Assembly (NCBI GenBank): GCA_963822175.1
Contig: CAWGGJ010000009.1
Location: forward strand, 80,795 to 144,794
DNA: 64,000 bases
Reading direction: 5' to 3'
Source of the DNA: an uncultured Chloroflexia bacterium
Lineage (GTDB): Bacteria > Chloroflexota > Anaerolineae > Anaerolineales > UBA4823
Both the position numbers and the translations under genes were made by a program. The notes beneath the pieces were generated by a model. The model was not told the DNA's origin. It did not search any database and worked only from the letters and a program-made list of their open reading frames with translations. Below, one piece after another: positions 51,183 through 60,422 of this stretch; positions within the stretch are counted from its first letter, which is position 1, and each line of letters opens with the position of its first letter.

Positions 51183-52343
51183 TTACCCTGGTGTAACCAT
51201 TACCTGTGCGTGCGAGGTGATCGCCTGAACTGGGATCTCCATGGCTTTCAGGTCGCGATAAGCCAGGGTCCAGATCGATGAAAGGTAAATCTCCACCAGT
51301 CCGCTGACGAACAGGATGGGCGAAATCATCACCACGATAAAGATCGGCAGACCTGCCATCATGCCCATGATCCACGGGGTAGCCCCATCCATAAACAGGG
51401 CAGTGAAGCCTGCCACCAGGGCAGCTGGGAATCCGCCCAGGGCAACGCCGAGAGGGATCGTTAGCAGAAGAAATGGCATAAACAGGAGCATGACTGGGAC
51501 GATGAGAGGCACCCAGATCAAGCGGATGCTCACCCAGACCAACCAGAGCGGGAGGAGCTCTTCCAGGTGGTGCTTTGTCAGCACCGCCCCCTGGCGGATT
51601 GAGGCTGCCAGGCTCTGCTCTTCCAAGGCGCAGGCGCGCCGAATGGGCTGCAATACCACGGACAACACAGCACTGGCAGCAAGCCACGCCAAGAAGGCCA
51701 GGATGAGCAGTCCCATTGTGCCCATCCCAGCAGTGATGAGGATGGCATCGTGCATTCTGATTGCCAGCATGATAGGCGCAACAGCCAACCCAAACACAAT
51801 AATAGTGACAACAGCAGCCACCAGGCCGATCATAAGATCGAGCAGGAACAGCCGGCCGGCGCGGCGGGAAAAGCCTCTATGCAAGCCTCCCCACACATTC
51901 AAGTGTTTTTCGCTCGCTTCGGCTTCATCCACCATACGAATCAAGGCAGTCTCTGTGATATAGCGCGCCAATATTCCGAGCAGGAGCAAGATACCCAGGA
52001 TGATGGCAAACTCGATCAGGATTGGCCAGAGATCGATCGAAACCTCACGGTCCAGCAGATCCACTAAATCATTAAACTCATGCCAGGTAATGCCATTTTC
52101 ATTGATGATGCGGAATCCTCCAGGGGCAGTGAGGTCGATGGTCATGTCGGCTCCAGGCACATGGATGGTGGTAGTATTGGAGAGCTTGATCCTGGTCCAC
52201 TGGTCATTGTTCTCCCTGTCAGGCCAGGGGTTGAGAAAGATCATGTGTGGACCAACCAGTGCCAGGATAGCGCCGAACAACCATAATGCCTGGTAGTTCC
52301 ACAATATTTGCCAGGCTTTCTTTAGAATTGTATTGAGGTTCAT
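51183..52343 (-). CDS. Multi-pass membrane protein, homologous to 8642..9598
   Basis: ILKKAWQILWNYQALWLFG N-terminus; SSIWTLAY near the C-terminus. Confidence 0.8.
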   Translation of the reverse strand: MNLNTILKKAWQILWNYQALWLFGAILALVGPHMIFLNPWPDRENNDQWTRIKLSNTTTIHVPGADMTIDLTAPGGFRIINENGITWHEFNDLVDLLDREVSIDLWPILIEFAIILGILLLLGILARYITETALIRMVDEAEASEKHLNVWGGLHRGFSRRAGRLFLLDLMIGLVAAVVTIIVFGLAVAPIMLAIRMHDAILITAGMGTMGLLILAFLAWLAASAVLSVVLQPIRRACALEEQSLAASIRQGAVLTKHHLEELLPLWLVWVSIRLIWVPLIVPVMLLFMPFLLLTIPLGVALGGFPAALVAGFTALFMDGATPWIMGMMAGLPIFIVVMISPILFVSGLVEIYLSSIWTLAYRDLKAMEIPVQAITSHAQVMVTPG

Positions 52344-52386
52344 ATCTAACACTCCTTTTGTTACTTTAGTTATGAAGACCAACTTG

Positions 52387-52644
52387 TCACTTCAAAAGCA
52401 AGACTACGCCAATAATAATGGCAAGCATGACGAGTAACACGGTAATGCCTACCAGCACCCAGCGTGCGGTTTTAGGATTGTATGCTGTCCATGTTTGTCC
52501 GCGGCCAGTTGAGAGACCGAGGTAAGTGATGCCCAATATGGTGAGAAACCATCCCGCCCCGCTGTCGCTCATGACAAGGATGAAACCCACAACAAATAAA
52601 ACAGCAGCCGATGACCATAACCAGACTTTTTGACGATTTTTCAT
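52387..52644 (-). CDS. Small three-helix membrane protein
   Basis: GGAGGTG SD; hydrophobic, about 85 aa. Confidence 0.65.
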   Translation of the reverse strand: MKNRQKVWLWSSAAVLFVVGFILVMSDSGAGWFLTILGITYLGLSTGRGQTWTAYNPKTARWVLVGITVLLVMLAIIIGVVLLLK

Positions 52645-52679
52645 TTTCACCTCCGATTTTGGAAAGAATTATTTGTTTA

Positions 52680-52910
52680 CTAAAACCTGCCGATATTTGC
52701 CGATCGGACGATGGATGGGAGCTTGATGGTGGTTGTTTTTCCAGCTTCTTTGGAGCCGGGGAAGCTGTAGATCGAATTTTGACAAACCTTCAAGACCAAT
52801 GCATGAAGTGCCTGGACGTTTTTATACTTCTTGCTCTGAACATTAGTCTGGGTGAGAAAAGGAGTGGTCAGATTTATTTTGCTAGCCCCTGTGTGTAGAT
52901 TGAAAACCGT
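52680..52910 (-). pseudogene. Remnant of an ABC transporter ATP-binding gene
   Basis: IYTQGLAK / YKNVQAL..L.LKV.QNSIYSF.G...AGKTTTIKL is a decayed N-terminus and Walker A. Confidence 0.6.
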
Positions 52911-53772
52911 ATTTCCTTTTTTGACTGGTCTCTCACCAGGTTTTTCGGACCGAAGATGATCACGATGAGGACGCCAGCAAGCAGATAGACCCCATAGAAG
53001 TGCCAGGGAGAAGAGCCGCAACACCACACAATATCGGATGAACTATTCGCCATGGCATGAAACAATACTACAGCAAGGACACTACCATTCGTATTATTGA
53101 ACACCCAGGTGAAGAAAATAGAAACCAAAGTCTGCCACAATATGAGTTCGGCAACAGAATTTTGGCTGCTCATACCCGCTTTGAGAAGTGGGATATGCCA
53201 TGCCCCCCAGATTGCTCCCAAAACAAGGCTGGAGACAAGAGCATTCCATTTCACCTGAAAACGGGGAAGTACATAACCACGCCAACCAAATTCCTCGCTC
53301 AAGCCGCCATGGATCAAACCATTTGCGATGAGAGGAGGGATGAACATCCAGGGTTGATCCGGCCAGGTGAGAAAAGGGTAGGCTTGACCATCAAGCGTGC
53401 GAGCGACAAGGTTGGCGAGCAGCAACAATACGGGGAAGAACAGCAGGATCACGAAAAGCCATTTGATGCTCAAGTTGCGGTTCCAGAAGCGCTTCCAGAG
53501 GGCTTTCACACCGATCCTCCCCTCGGTCATTGCCGTCACTACAAATGCGCCAATTGTAGGTCCATATGGGGTTATCACACTAAGAATCATGATTGGCCAG
53601 GCAGATCCGAGATCAATTTAGATGTACCAATCCCTGTAGGCATTGTAACGATGCCAGAGATGAACAAGAGCCACCACCAGAACCAGCTCCACCCAAAGGC
53701 AATCAGGAAGAAGAATGCCAGATTGCGAGGTTCGAACGCTTTCGCTTTATATCCAACAGTTTGTGTATTCAT
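52874..53772 (-). CDS. CPBP (CAAX/Abi) intramembrane metalloprotease, frameshifted at about 53617
   Basis: EEFGWRG, WGAWH, FHAMAN. ORF 53587..53772 joins 52874..53590 if one A is added. Confidence 0.85.
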
Positions 53773-53781
53773 GTGATCTCC

Positions 53782-54639
53782 TTAAATACTTGCATATGCA
53801 CCGAATATCACCAGGCAATCCGCCGCAGCATGGAACAGAACCGCGCCCCACAAGCTGTCTGATTTTTGGATCAAGAATCCCCAGACTAGCGACAAGATCA
53901 AAACGATCACCAGAAATTGGATCATCTGCGCTGCATAAGTGACCTGGGTGTGCATAAGGGCAAAAACAATGGCTGTCAAAATGACCGATAGGTCTTTACC
54001 AAGTAAAGGCTCATATTGTTTGAGAAATATCCCTCGATAAAGTAACTCCTCCATGAACCCATTGGAAAGCACGAAGAGCAATATCCAGGGCCACAGCGGC
54101 AGCAGTTTGTCCAATACGCCGACCTGGTTACTGCTCAGGGAAAAATAAGCAAAAGCAGGGAAAACCACCCAGGCAGTTATGGCGATGGGGAGCCAAATGC
54201 GTACTCTGCCGGTATTGAGATACATGGAACGCCAGCTGAAGCCCATGAGAGGCATCAATACCAAAATCGGGATCACGCGCAAGATGCTTTCAGAGAACTT
54301 TGCCATGGCAATTCCCTGCGGGGTGGTGACCGACTGATTAAGCCATCTCAGCAGGTCGTCGCTGAAGAGAGTGCTGATGAGAACCGCTGCTCCAGCTACG
54401 AAGAAAACGTAAAATACAGGCCAGTAGGCTTTGCCATTTTCACTGCTTCTCAATAACATTGCCACAACCAGAAGTGCAGCCGTAAGGATCATGTGAAAAG
54501 TAAGCAAGGTGTTTCCAGATAAATATGGCGAGAAGGTGATGATGGCAAACACCATCGTCTCCAAGATGAAAAACAGCAGGAACGAGGCGCCTTTTTTGGG
54601 CAAGTGAGTCGCATGCAAGTTGGTGGTTGTCATATTCAT
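53782..54639 (-). CDS. CPBP (CAAX/Abi) intramembrane metalloprotease
   Basis: EELLYRG, FALMH, FHAAAD. Confidence 0.88.
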   Translation of the reverse strand: MNMTTTNLHATHLPKKGASFLLFFILETMVFAIITFSPYLSGNTLLTFHMILTAALLVVAMLLRSSENGKAYWPVFYVFFVAGAAVLISTLFSDDLLRWLNQSVTTPQGIAMAKFSESILRVIPILVLMPLMGFSWRSMYLNTGRVRIWLPIAITAWVVFPAFAYFSLSSNQVGVLDKLLPLWPWILLFVLSNGFMEELLYRGIFLKQYEPLLGKDLSVILTAIVFALMHTQVTYAAQMIQFLVIVLILSLVWGFLIQKSDSLWGAVLFHAAADCLVIFGAYASI

Positions 54640-54644
54640 TCCAT

Positions 54645-54878
54645 TTACTCACCCTGAGTCAGTTTTGTCACAGAAACGATTGATAAGCCGAGATCGTTGA
54701 TCTTTGCCAGGATGCCGTGTAAAGCTGATTGATCGGGTACGATACCAGACAGGAGAGTCTCATCACCCTGCACGGTGATGGTGAAACCATCGAACCAGTC
54801 CGACCAGCATGTATCGAGGGCACCTATCAGGCGGATCTGGTACGGAGTTGATTGATCAAATTCATGTACGTTGGTCAT
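54645..54878 (-). CDS. Small ACT-like protein (77 aa)
   Basis: AGGAGGAG SD; YQIRLIG.LD..WSDWFDG...PDQSALHGILAKINDLGLSIVSV. Confidence 0.75.
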   Translation of the reverse strand: MTNVHEFDQSTPYQIRLIGALDTCWSDWFDGFTITVQGDETLLSGIVPDQSALHGILAKINDLGLSIVSVTKLTQGE

Positions 54879-54908
54879 ATTAAGTCTCCTCCTAATGGAG
54901 TTTCCCAT

Positions 54909-54966
54909 ACTATATTCGCTCAGTGGATGAGCAGTCATCACCCATTTAGGTAATTGCATAGGGTAT
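54909..54966 (-). promoter_or_regulatory. Promoter/operator repeat, copy 1
   Basis: 42-bp block 54925-54966, 38/42 identical to 57463-57504; TATAGT -10 at 54909-54914 on the minus strand. Confidence 0.75.
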
Positions 54967-55001
54967 CTAAAAAATCACAGCGTTCGAACCATACCTTTCG
55001 C

Positions 55002-56501
55002 CTACTTCGTAGATCCTGAAATCTCGATTAATTCAGACAGATGTTCAGCTGAAAACCACCGACCGGCTGCCATCACCCCCAGGGGTTCACGGATGACACT
55101 GATATCCTCCAGTGGATTTCCTCGAACCAGGATCAGATCGGCGCGGTTTCCAACTTCGATCGTACCGAAATTACCCACCCCGGTCATCTTTTCAACCACA
55201 CGGGCAGCATTAACGGTACCGGTGAGCAAGGCTTCATACGGCGTAAAGCCATTCTCGACCAGGATACGCAGCTCGTCATGGACTGAGAAACCAGGAACGA
55301 TGCCGATGCCGCCAAGCGCATCGGTGCCCAGCAGAAGCTGAACTCCTGCCGAATGAAGACCGCTTAATATCCAGCGATCGAAATCATATTTTATGGCACA
55401 AATATCTTCAATACCTCGGCATTCTAATTGTTGATATTCTTTACCTCGCCGGACGGTTTCCAAATATTTGGGGTCCAAGAACTTATTCTCGGGACGAGCC
55501 AGGAAGGCATCAGGATGGAATTGCTTCAACCACATAATTTCAGCGATATTGACCGTCGTACAGACTGATACACCCGTGGTGCTCAGCTGATTGGCAATCT
55601 TTTCCAGTGTTGATTGATTTTCCGATTCAAAATCTGCGAAATAATTGCTCGATGACAGATCGAGCTCTTGGAGAACTGCCTGAATGAGAATTGGAAACCA
55701 CTCATCTGGCTGCAGCTGTCTGCTCCGGTCAAATTCAAAGAATTCCCAATCCAATTCCTCAACGTGAGCAATCTCATCCATCCCCGCCGACAGTACACCC
55801 TCCAAACCCACTGAAAAGGGGATGTGTCCGGCGGTGTATATCCCTAATCTTTTCGCTTCTTTCATTGTTGCCTGAAAATCAGCCACAGATAGGTAAGCAT
55901 ATATCTTAATCAAGTCGTATCCCTTTTCTTTATTCTGGCGTACAAGCCCTGCGGGATCTCCCAATGGACTGACTTCCAATTTTTCTCCTGAGGTATAAAT
56001 CATTGGACCAACCCGCGTGCCCTCCTGAATTTCATCCCGCAATTGCTGGGGATAAGTACCTAATTCATCCATTGCGTTTAGGTCTCGAATTGTGGTGACC
56101 CCATTGGCGAGGTATAGAATCAAAGGATGAACCGGCCATATCTTCGGATCCTCCCAGGGCTGAGCCCACTGTCCAGTGGATATACGGGTGTGTGCGTGCA
56201 TATCCGCCAGGCCTGGCATCAGGTAGGCACCCTGGCCATCGATCACCTGGGATCCACGGGGAATCTTAAGCTCATCAGCAGGACCGATATCAATGATATC
56301 CGAGCCGCTCACCAGCACGGTTTGGTCTTCAATCACTATTTCACTGGTCATGGGGATTAAGTTCACATTGGTGAAGGCGATCACTTGCTCTGTATTGATA
56401 TCACTAGCGGATGCGCATGCGGTTATCAGGATGGCAGATAAGATAACCAGGCTTACAACGCTATATACCCTTTGCCGGGTGGTTGGTTTATTTGTTTTCA
56501 T
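55002..56501 (-). CDS. Amidohydrolase family lipoprotein
   Basis: Lipobox ITAC; MPGLADMHAH, GVTTIRD, GH, AH, LGTD, G.RADL. Confidence 0.88.
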   Translation of the reverse strand: MKTNKPTTRQRVYSVVSLVILSAILITACASASDINTEQVIAFTNVNLIPMTSEIVIEDQTVLVSGSDIIDIGPADELKIPRGSQVIDGQGAYLMPGLADMHAHTRISTGQWAQPWEDPKIWPVHPLILYLANGVTTIRDLNAMDELGTYPQQLRDEIQEGTRVGPMIYTSGEKLEVSPLGDPAGLVRQNKEKGYDLIKIYAYLSVADFQATMKEAKRLGIYTAGHIPFSVGLEGVLSAGMDEIAHVEELDWEFFEFDRSRQLQPDEWFPILIQAVLQELDLSSSNYFADFESENQSTLEKIANQLSTTGVSVCTTVNIAEIMWLKQFHPDAFLARPENKFLDPKYLETVRRGKEYQQLECRGIEDICAIKYDFDRWILSGLHSAGVQLLLGTDALGGIGIVPGFSVHDELRILVENGFTPYEALLTGTVNAARVVEKMTGVGNFGTIEVGNRADLILVRGNPLEDISVIREPLGVMAAGRWFSAEHLSELIEISGSTK

Positions 56502-56545
56502 CGTTACGATTTCCTTATCTCATTTCAGGCATATTTAATGACCTT

Positions 56546-56591
56546 GTTGTGGTGTTTTGGTGACGTGGAGTGTTTACCAAAACACCACAAC
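56546..56591. other. Long intergenic hairpin (about 18 bp)
   Basis: GTTGTGGTGTTTTGGTGA ... TTACCAAAACACCACAAC. Confidence 0.7.
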
Positions 56592-56610
56592 GAAAACTAC
56601 ATGCGTCCTT

Positions 56611-57303
56611 TTATGGATAACCCAACGGCGGATAACCCCACGGCCAATGTTGGCCGTAAGAGCCAAACAGGCCACCTGATTTGATCAATACCGCTCCCTC
56701 GCCATCCACAGAGCGTATAACGGCTTTTAGGGCTTCATCTACAATCATGCCGCTCACATCCATGGTGACCTTGCGATCACCTTCATCTTTCCAGGCTTTG
56801 ATGGTGAGACCGCAAGCCTTTGAGATCTCCTTCAATACGGCGCTCAACGGAACATTTTCGAAGACCATACCCTCGGGCAAACGGCTCCGAAGGATTGTTC
56901 TACGCTGCTCAAGCTCCACCCATTGATTGTCTTGCCATTTGTCAATGAACGTGTAGGGTCTGATCGTAAGATGGTGCTCATTTAAAATCCACTTGCATCT
57001 AATTTGCGGGCAGATGATGCCAATGACTTCAGAGACTGTTGCGTTCTCTACATTTACTGTGACATGCTTACCGACAAATGGGTAAAGCGTAATGGCACAA
57101 TCAGGATTAGTGGCTAGCTGGTCGATGACTACCTGCGGCTTGACATCGGTGACATTTATCGTCACTCGCATGCCCATATCAATATCGCACGAAGAATCCT
57201 CTGTCTGGGCTTTGGAGGAACACGAAGACAGGGTTATAACGGCAAGCATGACGAGCATGACTCCGAGTAGTATTTTTATAGATTTATAAAGGCGAGTATT
57301 CAT
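56611..57303 (-). CDS. Lipoprotein with two STN-like modules
   Basis: Lipobox LSSC; FENVPLSAVLKEISKACGLTI...RKVTMDVSGMIVDEAL and a similar earlier segment. Confidence 0.6.
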   Translation of the reverse strand: MNTRLYKSIKILLGVMLVMLAVITLSSCSSKAQTEDSSCDIDMGMRVTINVTDVKPQVVIDQLATNPDCAITLYPFVGKHVTVNVENATVSEVIGIICPQIRCKWILNEHHLTIRPYTFIDKWQDNQWVELEQRRTILRSRLPEGMVFENVPLSAVLKEISKACGLTIKAWKDEGDRKVTMDVSGMIVDEALKAVIRSVDGEGAVLIKSGGLFGSYGQHWPWGYPPLGYP

Positions 57304-57446
57304 AGTATTTCCTTATTCTGAAGTATCTAGGTTTATTTAAGAACAGAATATTCGGGTTTGGTTGATTTTTAGATTCAATTATCTCCTCCTTACATATGTC
57401 GCATATCACCACCACTTAAAATTCCATTTTATTGAACATCTTCTTT

Positions 57447-57504
57447 ACTATAGGTGCTGGATGGATGAGCAGTCATCACCCATATGGGTGATTGCGTAGG
57501 GTAT
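57447..57504 (-). promoter_or_regulatory. Promoter/operator repeat, copy 2
   Basis: Perfect 18-bp palindrome ATCACCCATATGGGTGAT at 57475-57492; TATAGT at 57447-57452 with the same spacing as copy 1. Confidence 0.75.
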
Positions 57505-57561
57505 TAAATAAAAAATCCCCCACCATTTGGTGAGAGATTTGTGGTTTAAACTACCCCTCTC

Positions 57562-60261
57562 CTAAATTAAGTTGAGATCTTTGGCCTTTTTAACCGCCTC
57601 GAAGCGCCCATTAACCCCTAATTTGCTGTAGATATTACGGATATGGGTGCGGATGGTATTTACCGAGAGATATAATTCGCGGCCAATTTCAGTACTGGTC
57701 AATGAGCTATCCAGCAGGTGCAGCACCTGGAGCTCGCGCTCGCTGAGTGGTTCAATGAGGGTGGCAGCTGGAGTTTTGGATCGGGTTTTGTGAGAGACCG
57801 GCAATTTAAAGACGATTGCTGAAGCAGGGGCATTGAATGCCAATAAAAGCTGGTTGATAAAATCAACCTCGATACCCCGTTTTGCAGCGACCTGTAACAG
57901 TCCGCGGATCAGGTCTCCCTTGCTGGTAAACACTCTGATAAACCCTTCGGGTTTGGCTAATTCCAGGGTGTGCTGAAGCATTGAAAAAGCCTGTTCCTCC
58001 TCTTTCATCATATATGAAACGATGATTTGCCGGGTACGAATTTCCAGTAGCAGGGATACTGCCCCAACCTGTTCGAGTACGTTTGCCAGATTTTCCAAAA
58101 CATTCTGAGCTTCCAGAAACTTTCCCTGAGCCTGGAGGATGGTCGAATAATGTGTATATATATATCGATGAAAATAGTCAACACTGTCATTTGGTTTTAA
58201 ACCACAATGCTCTACCCAGGTTGAAGCCCTTTGAATATTCCCCTTGGCTACGTAGATCATGGCTTCCTGCCCGCGCACTCGCGAAGTAATCGGATTATTA
58301 CTAAAAACCATTTTTGTTTCCTGGATAGTCCTCAGAGCACCATCCAAGTCACCAATAGCCAGAAGAACATCGGCATATTTTATCAATCCATTATAAAGAA
58401 AATCTTGATATCCCCACCACCTGCAGATCTCGATCCCTTCACTGGCTAAACGCAATGCCTCTGACCTATTATCCCATTCGAGGTAAAGTGAACTTAGTTT
58501 TAGATAAGCATAACCTACCGACAATGACCTGTTCTTCTTGTCTGGATAGTTTGAATCAACCATTTTAAACGTATCATCATAGAACCTTAAACTTTCCTTC
58601 AGCCTCCCCAAGGTGTGTAAAAGGCTGGCTTTTTCAAAATTGGCGGTCATTGCCATCTCGGAATCGCCTGCGGCTTGGCTCCATGAGAGGGTGATATCAA
58701 GAGCGTTTATTGCTGGCAAGATACTGCCCATCCAAGCCAGGATGTTACTCATGTGATAGCCAACAAAGGCACGTGGGCGATAATCATCCAGTGGAAGCAA
58801 TTCAAAAGCTTTTCCTGCATACTGAAGACCGTCTACCCGGTCGGAGCGTAACTCGCCTATTAATGTCCACATGGCAGCGATATATCCCATTAAACGGTGA
58901 TCGCTTCGGTCGGCATGTTTTTCTGCCTCAAGTACAGCTGACTTTATCTCTTCCAACCGGCCAAGATAAGCTAACAGCCAGGCGCGGGCAATATGCAGCC
59001 ACGGATTAGAACCCATCACCGCCTCGGGCAGGGTGTTCAGCCAGCTCAGGAAGGTGGAGGCTTGATGATGATCAAAGATTGTAAACGCATACTTTTCAAT
59101 TAATAAAACCAGATGGTCGATGTCATTGGCTGCGATAGCGTGAGTCAGGGCGTTGGATATGTATCCGTTTTCTGAAAACCAGGTGCAAGCTTTGCCATGC
59201 AGCAGTGGGATAATTTCTGGGTGTGCCTGCTTCAAGCGCGAACGCAATAGCTCGGAGAACAAGTGATGAAATCGATACCAGTGACGCTCATCGTCCATGG
59301 GAACCAGAAACATATTGGATTTTTCCAATTGAATGAGCATAGCCTGGCTATCTTTGCTGCCGGTAATTGCGTCACATAAAGGTCCAGACAGGTATTCCAG
59401 GATGGATGTATATAATAAAAAATCCAGAAACTCGGGTTTTTGTTGGCCCAGCACTTCCTCAAGCAGGTAATCCAACACATAGTGATGGGTGCCTGAAAAA
59501 CCCTCCAAAAAACCATTGACATCTGATCGACTTTGCATCGATAGAGCGGCCAGTTGCAATCCGGCAATCCAGCCTTCTGTACGCTGCTCCAATAATTCGA
59601 TATCGCGGTGGGTGAGATTTAATCCCATAACTTCACCCAGAAAAGTGGTAGATTCCGGCAGTGAGAAACGCAAGTCTTTTACACGCACCTCGACCAAGTT
59701 ATCACGCACGCGCCAGCGAGCCAGTGGCCAGGGAGGATCCATCCGGCTGGCAACCACAAGATGGAAGCCATGGCGGGATTGTGGCAGGTGGTCAATCAGG
59801 TAAATGAGATCCTTATGGATTTGACCTTCTGAGATGGTATGCAGGTCATCCAGCACAAGCAGCGCCGTTGTGTTTAAGCTGAAGAACTGATTGAGCAGGT
59901 CGGTAAGCAGAGTATCCATCGCAGGTGGCTGAGTAGATTGCAATGCCTGAAATAATGATTCGTCAATATCCAACTGATGGAGACCAGGAATCATTGATAA
60001 GGCTTTGTAAAAATAATTCCAGAAACGAGCTGGAGAATTCTCCCCCTTTTCAAGCGAAAGCCAGGCAACCGGGAAATCAAGCTGCGAAACCCACTCACAT
60101 AAGAGAGTGCTTTTACCATAACCTGCAGGTGCAGAAACGAGCGTCAGGCAATGATTTTGTGTAATGCCATCATTTAACCGCTGGACCAGGTGCGACCGGT
60201 TGACCAGGTTGCTTCGGAGAGGCGGGATGCGAGTTTTGGTTGCCAGTAAGGTGTCTGACAC
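57562..60261 (-). CDS. MalT-like STAND ATPase/TPR/LuxR-HTH transcriptional regulator
   Basis: LLATK, Walker A APAGYGKST, Walker B LVLDDLH, TEGWIAGL, YRFHHLF, C-terminal LSERELQVL...NTIRTHIRNIYSKLGV. GTG start after GGAGG. Confidence 0.92.
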   Translation of the reverse strand: MSDTLLATKTRIPPLRSNLVNRSHLVQRLNDGITQNHCLTLVSAPAGYGKSTLLCEWVSQLDFPVAWLSLEKGENSPARFWNYFYKALSMIPGLHQLDIDESLFQALQSTQPPAMDTLLTDLLNQFFSLNTTALLVLDDLHTISEGQIHKDLIYLIDHLPQSRHGFHLVVASRMDPPWPLARWRVRDNLVEVRVKDLRFSLPESTTFLGEVMGLNLTHRDIELLEQRTEGWIAGLQLAALSMQSRSDVNGFLEGFSGTHHYVLDYLLEEVLGQQKPEFLDFLLYTSILEYLSGPLCDAITGSKDSQAMLIQLEKSNMFLVPMDDERHWYRFHHLFSELLRSRLKQAHPEIIPLLHGKACTWFSENGYISNALTHAIAANDIDHLVLLIEKYAFTIFDHHQASTFLSWLNTLPEAVMGSNPWLHIARAWLLAYLGRLEEIKSAVLEAEKHADRSDHRLMGYIAAMWTLIGELRSDRVDGLQYAGKAFELLPLDDYRPRAFVGYHMSNILAWMGSILPAINALDITLSWSQAAGDSEMAMTANFEKASLLHTLGRLKESLRFYDDTFKMVDSNYPDKKNRSLSVGYAYLKLSSLYLEWDNRSEALRLASEGIEICRWWGYQDFLYNGLIKYADVLLAIGDLDGALRTIQETKMVFSNNPITSRVRGQEAMIYVAKGNIQRASTWVEHCGLKPNDSVDYFHRYIYTHYSTILQAQGKFLEAQNVLENLANVLEQVGAVSLLLEIRTRQIIVSYMMKEEEQAFSMLQHTLELAKPEGFIRVFTSKGDLIRGLLQVAAKRGIEVDFINQLLLAFNAPASAIVFKLPVSHKTRSKTPAATLIEPLSERELQVLHLLDSSLTSTEIGRELYLSVNTIRTHIRNIYSKLGVNGRFEAVKKAKDLNLI

Positions 60262-60383
60262 CTTTTTTATCCTCCATAAAGGCACTCTTCATTATATAGA
60301 ATATTCAGGTGCGATTCAATAGGGAGTTTTTGTCCGTGATGCATTAAAAGGACGGAGTCAGCCATTCATCCCTTTAAAAAAAA

Positions 60384-60405
60384 CCTGGCAGTATTCACTG
60401 CCAGG
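60384..60405 (-). terminator. lysS terminator
   Basis: CCTGGCAGT-ATTC-ACTGCCAGG followed by a T run on the minus strand. Confidence 0.8.
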
Positions 60406-60422
60406 CTAGACTATCAAACAAA

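Noticed and set aside
53057-53776. 239-aa plus-strand ORF
   Set aside because: Antisense to the CPBP gene.
57562-60261. Calling the regulator malT, or an antiviral STAND (Avs)
   Set aside because: There are no maltose genes nearby, and it has a LuxR HTH output rather than a nuclease or other effector domain.
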